From: a virus
DNA: 64,000 nt
IMG/VR virus record: IMGVR_UViG_3300037297_000135
Coordinates: 32,001 to 96,000 of that record
Direction: 5' to 3' (one strand)
Shown: positions 16,637 to 24,300 of the stretch, piece by piece
Layout of the letters: each line of letters begins with the position of its first letter
How positions within the stretch are numbered: position 1 is the stretch's first letter
Translations under genes and position numbers: made by a program
Notes under the pieces: generated by a model
What the model saw: only the letters and a program-made list of their open reading frames with translations
Told to the model about the DNA's origin: nothing
Databases searched by the model: none

Positions 16637-16748
16637 TATGTGATTTCAGAATATTAAAATAGCTCAATTGGTAGAGCACAATAATGTGGATATTGATGTT
16701 GTGGGTTCAATTCCTACTTTTAAACAAAAATTCAATTGCAATCGCATA
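16637..16748 (+). ncRNA. tRNA-mimic unit 2 (His(GUG)-like cloverleaf inside a conserved outer helix; Y-RNA-like)
   Basis: Cloverleaf 16653-16725 (CAATA-ATGTGGA-TATTG, GTGGG-TTCAATT-CCTAC, all-AT acceptor); outer TGTGATT/AATTGCA, alternatively TATGTGATT/AATCGCATA. Confidence 0.8.
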
Positions 16749-16786
16749 TGCATTTTATCTTTTATTTAAATATATAATTAGAAACT

Positions 16787-16912
16787 GAGTGTGATTTCAG
16801 AATATTTTTATAGGTTCAAATCCTATTCCCCGCTTAAATATGCGGGGATGGTGCAATTGGTAGACACACTTGAATATAAATCAAGCAAATTAAAATTAAT
16901 AAAATTGCACTC
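16787..16912 (+). ncRNA. tRNA-mimic unit 3: circularly permuted Leu-type tRNA domain inside a conserved outer helix (YrlA-like)
   Basis: Order T arm (ATAGG-TTCAAAT-CCTAT), acceptor hairpin TCCCCGC-TTAAATAT-GCGGGGA, D arm TG-GTGCAATTGGTAGACAC, anticodon arm CTTGA-ATATAAA-TCAAG; outer GAGTGTGATTT/AAATTGCACTC 11 bp. Confidence 0.85.
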
Positions 16913-16939
16913 TTATTCTAATTTTTTAAGGATGGTTTT

Positions 16940-18445
16940 ATGGAAAAATTTAATTTTGATGCAAGTATTCTTCAATTCACGCCAAAAGGGTCATATTACA
17001 ATACTGAATCTGAACAAAATCAAAAAATAACAGAGCAATGGAAAGAGTTTTTGCAATATGATAGATTGCTTTTTGCATTGATTTTGTTTTTACCAACTTC
17101 AGATTATGCTTTTGGAAGAATAAGTCATTTGTTATGTAAAAATAAAACTACTGAGATAGTTTCTAAAGATTTTAAAATAACTAATGATTTTGAAGAGAAA
17201 ATAATATTGAATGGTTTAAGAAAACAACCAATGCCAAGAGCACTAAAGAATCTTTTAATGTTTACAAATGCAAACATTGGAAGAGTGAATAATGCTAAAG
17301 TTCGAAATATAATATTGAAATATATATTTCAAAGGGATTTAAATTCATTGGATTCAATGTGTTGTAATTTTAAAGATAAAATAAAATTGCTTTTGAAACA
17401 TGTATATGGTAAAAAGATTTGGAGGGTTTTAAATGGGAGAAATTTATTTGGTATAACAAATGTGCATGAAAGAGCATTAGATGTTTTGAAGTTTTGTTTC
17501 AACAAATCTTTTGATACAAAAGATTTAAATATGATGAATGCATATATATGTTTAAGAGAATATGCAAAAGAAAATAGATTGGATTCATTTTTAGATTTAG
17601 CTAAAAAATCAAAAATGAACATTGAAATTTTGATAGGCTTTAAAGCTTTATATAAATTAAATATTGATTTAAGTGAAATATATGATGCTGGAAATATGAG
17701 TGAAAAACAAAAGATACAAAAGGTAAGAGCAGTTGAAAGAACTGGAACTAAACAAGATATAAATTATAAAAATTATGATATATATGATTTGTATAAGATG
17801 TTTTATGTAAAATTAACAAACAATGAAACAAATGATATGGATTTGATTGCTGAAGCAATTGAATTTCAATCAAATAAAAAAATGGATATTGATTTAGGTG
17901 AAATTGTAGTGATTATGGATGCAAGTAAATCTATGATTGGTTCCGAAACAAGACCATATCATCCATTTTTAACAGGATTGAGTTTAGTAAGTAAGTTGCC
18001 AAATGTAAAAGATGTAATGTTTGTTGGTGGTGAATATGTTGATACATATTCAAATAATATGCCAAAAGCAATTGTACCAAGTGGAGCAACAAAAATTTGG
18101 GAATCTTTAATTCAAGCTGTAAATAAATATCCTGATACAATTGTTTTGATATCTGATGGTTATGAAAACAATGTAAAAGGATTAACAAATCAAATATATG
18201 AAAAATTAAAAAAAGAAGGTAAAGAATTTAATATTATACATATAAATCCTGTTTTTGCTGCTGAAACAGGAAATGCAAGAAGATTGATAAAAGAAATAAA
18301 ACCATTTATAATTGAAAATTATAGAATGATTAAAACAAATCTTATATTTCAACTTATAATGGATAACAAAGAATTAGCAATCAAGATGTTGTTTAATGAA
18401 TATAAAAAATTAGAAGTTAAAGAATTGAAAAGGTTAAAAGGGTGA
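16940..18445 (+). CDS. TROVE/Ro60-like protein: alpha-helical N-terminal region + C-terminal vWA domain
   Basis: vWA MIDAS elements VVIMDASKSM, T in GATKIWESL, IVLISDGYEN; helical N-terminus with GSYYNT and RVNNAKVRNII; directly downstream of tRNA-mimic RNAs. The TROVE call rests on architecture and context. Confidence 0.6.
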   Translation: MEKFNFDASILQFTPKGSYYNTESEQNQKITEQWKEFLQYDRLLFALILFLPTSDYAFGRISHLLCKNKTTEIVSKDFKITNDFEEKIILNGLRKQPMPRALKNLLMFTNANIGRVNNAKVRNIILKYIFQRDLNSLDSMCCNFKDKIKLLLKHVYGKKIWRVLNGRNLFGITNVHERALDVLKFCFNKSFDTKDLNMMNAYICLREYAKENRLDSFLDLAKKSKMNIEILIGFKALYKLNIDLSEIYDAGNMSEKQKIQKVRAVERTGTKQDINYKNYDIYDLYKMFYVKLTNNETNDMDLIAEAIEFQSNKKMDIDLGEIVVIMDASKSMIGSETRPYHPFLTGLSLVSKLPNVKDVMFVGGEYVDTYSNNMPKAIVPSGATKIWESLIQAVNKYPDTIVLISDGYENNVKGLTNQIYEKLKKEGKEFNIIHINPVFAAETGNARRLIKEIKPFIIENYRMIKTNLIFQLIMDNKELAIKMLFNEYKKLEVKELKRLKG

Positions 18446-18449
18446 TGAA

Positions 18450-19400
18450 ATGGATATTTTGAGTAAATTAGGTTTTAAAAATATAGAATATGATGAAATG
18501 CAAATTGTAGACGAAATGAGTATGATTCCTCTTTTATCAGATGGTTTAAGTAAAAACATTTCATCACCTGAAAATATACAATTTTTTGAAGTTGGAACTT
18601 ATGGTTCAATGGAGTTTAAAAATGCAGATAGCAATACCAACAACTATGGGATTGTGCCATCAAATACAATGATTTTAAACAACAAGGTACAAGTTCAAGA
18701 CCATGCAATGATTGAAGCAGGTGTTGTAAAAGCAGGTACATATAAAAATTTTAGTAATGCGTGTTGTGTTCAAGAAAAACAACATGGATTTTTAAATGGT
18801 ACGAATAAAAATAATGAATATGATATTTTGCCTTTGGGTTTAAGAAGGGCAGCAACAAGAGAAAAATTAAGACAGGATTGCAATTGTGGTAAACTTTGGC
18901 CTGCAATCAGAGAATGGTTAAAAGGTTTTAATTTTATGGAAAGTTATGCTCATTTAGAATATTTTTTTACTCCATTCAAAAAACAATTAGATGATTTTGT
19001 TGCAGAATTTGAACCAGTTAAAAATCAAATAGGAGCAATAATTCTATTTGGCAATATGTTAGCAGGCATAGAAATTATGCCTACAATTGAACATTGGAAT
19101 CATTATTGGAAATGGTTGGTTCGAGGATGTTATGGAGCTGAATTGTTAAAAATACGTGAAATTGGACAAATCGAATTGAAATCAATTTCAATACCAGAAA
19201 TGCCTTTTGACTCAATAAATAATTATTTAAATATGTTAAAAGATACAATTTTAAATAGTTTGAACTTAAACTTTAATGAATTGGGAAGTAAAAACTATGG
19301 TGAAAATCAATTAAAACATAAACTAATAAAAATTGAATCTGGTGGTGGAGATTTGATTTTAGAAAACAATAAACCAATATATTTAAGTTGTGTTTTGTGA
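18450..19400 (+). CDS. DUF6569/ARPP-1-like protein
   Basis: MIPLL near the N-terminus, KVQVQDHAM, NACCVQEKQHG (compare xCVEQGRW consensus), QIGAIILFG-N-MLAGIEI, YWKWLVRGCY; recognised from memory. Confidence 0.5.
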   Translation: MDILSKLGFKNIEYDEMQIVDEMSMIPLLSDGLSKNISSPENIQFFEVGTYGSMEFKNADSNTNNYGIVPSNTMILNNKVQVQDHAMIEAGVVKAGTYKNFSNACCVQEKQHGFLNGTNKNNEYDILPLGLRRAATREKLRQDCNCGKLWPAIREWLKGFNFMESYAHLEYFFTPFKKQLDDFVAEFEPVKNQIGAIILFGNMLAGIEIMPTIEHWNHYWKWLVRGCYGAELLKIREIGQIELKSISIPEMPFDSINNYLNMLKDTILNSLNLNFNELGSKNYGENQLKHKLIKIESGGGDLILENNKPIYLSCVL

Positions 19401-19429
19401 TTGACAAAATGATATTGAAATGATAATAT
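19401..19429 (+). promoter_or_regulatory. SigA-type promoter immediately after the ARPP-1-like gene
   Basis: TTGACA-17 nt-TAATAT with TG extension. Confidence 0.55.
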
Positions 19430-19466
19430 TTATGTGAGACTTCAAAATCAAAATTATAATGAGATT

Positions 19467-19513
19467 AAAAAAAATAAAGAACTTGTTCTTTTCCTCAGTT
19501 CTTTATTTTTTTT
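19467..19513. terminator. Bidirectional-type terminator closing the operon
   Basis: Perfect 17-bp stem AAAAAAAATAAAGAACT/AGTTCTTTATTTTTTTT with a 13-nt loop. Confidence 0.8.
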
Positions 19514-19531
19514 GTCTATGCAATCCATAAT

Positions 19532-19560
19532 TTGACATTGATATAAGGTATTGTTATAAT
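19532..19560 (+). promoter_or_regulatory. Consensus SigA promoter for the GT2-tail chaperone-tape measure operon
   Basis: TTGACA-17 nt-TATAAT, extended TG. Confidence 0.85.
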
Positions 19561-19616
19561 TGTAATATAATTTATTTTTTTTAATTTTTAACTAATTTTA
19601 TAGGGGAGTATTAAAA

Positions 19617-20594
19617 ATGAATAGTAAAACTATAACTATAGGTTGTCCTATATCTAACAGGGCATATCTTATTGAACGATTTTTAAATGGAATTTACAAA
19701 TTAAACTATGATAAAAAATTAATAAAATTATATTTTGTAGTTAACAATTCAAAAGATTCAACATATTCAGATTTAAAAGAGTTTGAAAGAAAACATAAAG
19801 ATGAATATCTAAATATTAAAATTGAAAAATATAAAATCAAATCTGCTAAAGAAGCAAGGGTAACAAAAATAAGATTAAAAACATACAGTAGACTTGCTGA
19901 ATTAAGAAATTATATTTTGTCAAATATTGATACTGATTATTTTTTTAGTTTAGATTCAGATATTATGGTTGATATTAATTTGGATTGTTTGAATAAGCTT
20001 TTAGAAGCTCAAAAAGATATAATTGCTGCTGTAATAAATAATGATAGTATGTTAAGGCCAAATGCAAAATATCCTAAAATTAGAACTAATTTGCTTAAAA
20101 ATGTAGATAAAGGTATAACTCATATATTGGATTGGAAACTTAATGAAATATTTGAAGTTGACCATACTGGAGCAGTATATTTGTTGACAAAAGATGTTTG
20201 CAAAAATGTTCAATATGGGTTTCATAAACAAGGTGAAGATATGGCATTTTGCAATATGGCAAAAGAAAAAGGATATAAAATTTTTGCTCATGGTGGTATT
20301 TTTTTACAACATATAATGAGAGAATATCAATCTTTTTGTATTGAAAATAAATGCCAAAATCCATGTGTTGTGTTGAATAAAAAAATGAAAATTGGTAAAA
20401 ATGAAGATGGAAAACTAGGAGAAGTAAAAAATGATATTGATTTAACATATCAATATAAATTTGTAGATAATGTTAAATATCCTGATTTGGTTGGTTGTGG
20501 AAAATTAAAAAAAGGTGAAAAAGCATTGTTTAATAATGATTTTTATAACCCTTTGGATGATATAAAAGGAGAGAATTTAAATGAAAAAAAGTGA
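19617..20594 (+). CDS. GT2 family glycosyltransferase
   Basis: ITIGCPISNR, LAELRNYIL, YFFSLDSDI DxD motif, DHTGAVYL, GEDMAFC. Confidence 0.88.
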   Translation: MNSKTITIGCPISNRAYLIERFLNGIYKLNYDKKLIKLYFVVNNSKDSTYSDLKEFERKHKDEYLNIKIEKYKIKSAKEARVTKIRLKTYSRLAELRNYILSNIDTDYFFSLDSDIMVDINLDCLNKLLEAQKDIIAAVINNDSMLRPNAKYPKIRTNLLKNVDKGITHILDWKLNEIFEVDHTGAVYLLTKDVCKNVQYGFHKQGEDMAFCNMAKEKGYKIFAHGGIFLQHIMREYQSFCIENKCQNPCVVLNKKMKIGKNEDGKLGEVKNDIDLTYQYKFVDNVKYPDLVGCGKLKKGEKALFNNDFYNPLDDIKGENLNEKK

Positions 20595-21003
20595 AAATAT
20601 TGAAGTTAAAAAAGTTAAAGTAATACAAAAAGAAGCACCCGAAGTTTTGAATGATAATCAAATATATATAGAAGATTTTGGAGTTGTTGAAATAAAACCA
20701 ACAAAATTAAAATATTTTGAGATATTAGGTAAAGCTAAAAATTCAATGTATGGTAATGTTTTGTTGATTAAACAAATGGGGTACAATAATTTGTTGGTTT
20801 ATACAGATGGCAGAGAGATAGTTGAAAATGCTTTAAAAGCTATATTTGATGTGGATGAAATAGATTTTTATGATAATTTAACAACTGTAAATTTAAATAA
20901 AATTATAAAATTAGCTAATGAAGTTAACGAGGTAAAAATTGATGATTTTTTAGAAAATCAAAAAAGGGAAAAGGAGGAAAATCAGAAAAACAAAAAAGCA
21001 TAG
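20581..21003 (+). CDS. Tail assembly chaperone (gpG-like)
   Basis: 140 aa, first of two small ORFs directly upstream of the tape measure gene. Confidence 0.65.
   Translation: MKKSENIEVKKVKVIQKEAPEVLNDNQIYIEDFGVVEIKPTKLKYFEILGKAKNSMYGNVLLIKQMGYNNLLVYTDGREIVENALKAIFDVDEIDFYDNLTTVNLNKIIKLANEVNEVKIDDFLENQKREKEENQKNKKA
20946..20952 (+). promoter_or_regulatory. Candidate -1 programmed frameshift site (T TTT TTA)
   Basis: In-register X XXY YYZ heptamer; the -1 frame is open from 20946 through ORF 21018-21305. Confidence 0.65.
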
Positions 21004-21017
21004 AAATCAGAAAGGGT

Positions 21018-21305
21018 ATGGCTTTAATATGTGCTCATACTGGATATACATATGAAGATTTACGAAATTTAGAATATATATATTATAATGACCTTTTAGA
21101 AGAAGTTGCTTCGAAATTACAATATATGGCGTGCGTAAATATACTTGGTCGAGATTACGCGGATGAAAGTGTTTTTGAATTTGTGGATAAAGCAAATCCA
21201 ATAAATATAGAAAAGATAAAAGAAAATGAAAAAGAAAAGCCTAAAGAAAGAATGACTTTGGACAAATTAAAACAAACTGGTTTAAAGATTGAATTTGTAA
21301 AATAA
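21018..21305 (+). CDS. Tail assembly chaperone C-terminal part (gpT-like)
   Basis: MALICAHTGYTYEDL; lies in the -1 frame relative to the upstream chaperone, just before the TMP. Confidence 0.65.
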   Translation: MALICAHTGYTYEDLRNLEYIYYNDLLEEVASKLQYMACVNILGRDYADESVFEFVDKANPINIEKIKENEKEKPKERMTLDKLKQTGLKIEFVK

Positions 21306-21327
21306 TTCAATCTTTTTTTTATGGGGA

Positions 21328-24300
21328 GTGATGGTTATGGCACAAGAAAAATTGCTTGCTGAAGTAAGGGTTGGATATGGGAAATTGCAAGATGATGTAA
21401 ATAAAATAAATCAAATACTTGGTTTGATTAATCAAGGTAAAAAAGATATACAGATAAATGTAAAATTGCAAGGTTTAGAAGGTGAAAGATTTAGAAAAGT
21501 GCACAATAATATAACTTTAATGGTTCAACAATTTAGTAGGTTGAATCAATTGATTATGAATATAAATAAAAATTCATCGGGTTTAGGTAACTTAGGAAAT
21601 ATTTTAAACAGAACAGTTGGAAATGGCACAGGAACTAAACCAACACCAAATACACAAAATAATTTAGGAACACTTTCAAATGTTCCAGGGAATATAATTA
21701 GGCAATCTGAGAGAACAACACAATCAGGTTCATCAACTTCAACATTGCTTCAAGATGCTCAGGGATTAACAACAAATATTGTTTCAAACGGACAAGGGCA
21801 AATTATATCAAGAACTCAAGAATTAATAAATACAAATACTCAATTTGAAAGAAGTTTAAATCAAATAATAAATGCATATAAAAGTTTAGATTATCAGCAA
21901 CAAAATGATTTGACTAATGTAAGAAATACAATGAATGCATTGACTAATCTTTCAACAAGATATGACCAAAACAGTTCTCAATTTAGAAGAATAATTGCAG
22001 AAAGAGAAAGATTATCTACTGTTGAAAGAAGACTAACAGATGAAATGAACAGACAACCTTTAAATAGATTGATTAATAATTATAGAATGCTTTCAATAGA
22101 ACAACAACGAATGCCTACCAATATTAGAAGAATAATTAATGAATATGATAGATTAATAGCTCAATATAGACAAGAAGGCAGAGCGATTTCGGGATTAGTT
22201 CAACAAAGAAATCAATATCAAAGAGCATTTTCAAGGAGTGTTGCATCTGTTAGAGTTGAAATGCAAAGGATGGAAGAAACTGTTAGGACAACTGGAATCG
22301 GTGAATTTTTAGGGATTGGAAGAGGTAGTGTTTTAGGTTCAGGCGATAGAAGAGCAGGAATATTAAATAAAGTGGCAAATAGTTTTATTTATTCAATGTC
22401 TGCAAATGCAATAAGTCAATTAGGGAATGCAACAAATGAATTAGTTGAAACTAATAAAAATTTTGAATTGGGTTTGATTGAATTAAGTAGAACAATGGAT
22501 AATGTAACAAGTGCTTCAATTGAAAGGCTTGGCCGAAAAGCAATTGAAACAGCATCAGATTATGGTATTGCATTGAAAGAAATTCAAGATGCTCAAACAG
22601 AATTAGCAAGAGCAGGTATAAGCAATGAAGAAGATTTAAAGGCATTAACTGAAACAGTTGCTATAGGATTAAATACAACTGAAATTAAAAATGCTGATGA
22701 AATGGTTAAATATTTAATTTCAACAATCAAACAATTAAATTTAGACATTTCGGATTCAAATACAATTATAGACCAATGGAATTATTTGTCAGATAAATAT
22801 GCTGTACATTCAAATGATTTTGCTGAATCTATTTCAAAATCAGGTGCAGCAAGTAGAAAACTTGGATTAACAATTAAAGATGTAAATAGTTTGACAACTG
22901 TATTGGTTGAAAATACACAAACAAGTGGTCGTGAAGTTGGTAATGCTATAAAGACATTGGAATCTAATTTATTAAGACCTGAAACAGTTAAAACATTAGA
23001 AAGTTATGGAATAGCTGTAAAAAAGAATGCAAAAGAATTTTTAGATTTTAAAACAATAATGACTAATGTAAGTAATGCTTTAAATGAATTTGAATCAAAT
23101 TCTTTAGCTACAGATGAAATATTAAGGTCAATAGGTGGTACATGGAGAAAGAATTGGATTGCATTGTTAACTGATAGTTGGAATGAAATTGAAGAAATAA
23201 ATCGTAAACAAGATGAAGCAATAGGGTATTCAGCTAAAGAAAATGAAAAAGTAATGCAAACATACGCAAAACAAGTCGAACAGCTTAAAGTAAGTTTTTC
23301 AGAATTGGCTGTTGCGATTGGTGATGCTGGATTGTTTGATATGTTGAAAACACTTTCGAGTTTAGTAAATGGTACATTAGGTGTTTTTAGTTCTTTATCT
23401 CCTGAAATGCAAAAATTTTTAATTACAATAGGACAAACTGCTTTGGCTATAAAATTATTAGGTGTGGGAGTTCAAAAAGTATTTAATATTTCTATATTTC
23501 AAAGTATAATGAAAACTTCTTTAGGTATGAAATTATTTAGAAATGTAACTATTGAAACAACAAGAGCACAACAATATTTAGCACAATCTGTTCAGGCAGG
23601 AATAATAACAGGACAGGACTATCAAAGAATATTAACTGGATTAAATACAAATCAAAGAGTTAGAAATTTAAGTGTTGCTGCTGCTGAAAGGCAAGAAAGA
23701 GCTTATGCAATGGCAATGCGTGATACTGCTGCAGCTTCAAACAAAGTACGAATTGCTTCAACAGTTGCAATTGCTGGTGTTTCTATCGCAATTGGTATTT
23801 TAGTTTCAGAAATAAACAAATGGAAAGAAGCAGAAAAAGAAGCAGCTAGACAGATGGAAGAATCAATTGTTGAACATACTAAAAATAGTCAGACTTTAAG
23901 AGAAGCAATTACATATTATAAAGAAAATCATGATTTAGTTAAACAAGATGAAAATGTAAAAACACAATTGATTGAGACTCAAAAAGAGTTGAATGAATTA
24001 TATGGTAAAGAAGCTGAAGGTTTGGATTTTGTAAATGGCAAATATGAAGAAAATATAAAAAAAATAAGCAAATTAAGAAAACAAGAATTGCAAAATTTAG
24101 CTAATGATTTACAAATTCAAGTAGATGCAAATAAAGAAATAGAATTTGCTTTGCCAAAAGCTTCAATTGGGCAAACTGATATATTAGGTTTAGATAAAAT
24201 GGTAATGTTTTTTGATAAAGCACAAAAAATGGGATATAAAGAATATTTAATTGAATTAGAAAAAATGCAAACAATTTTAAGAAGTGGTAATGAAGAACTT

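Noticed and set aside
16488-16748. Units 1 and 2 as ordinary tRNA-Lys and tRNA-His genes
   Set aside because: Defective acceptor stems, A32, a non-canonical T loop in unit 1 and a shared flanking helix argue against standard tRNAs.
16791-17030. 79-aa ORF in the supplied track
   Set aside because: It overlaps the structured permuted tRNA-like unit and the start of the 501-aa gene in another frame, has no RBS, and the sequence is explained by RNA structure.
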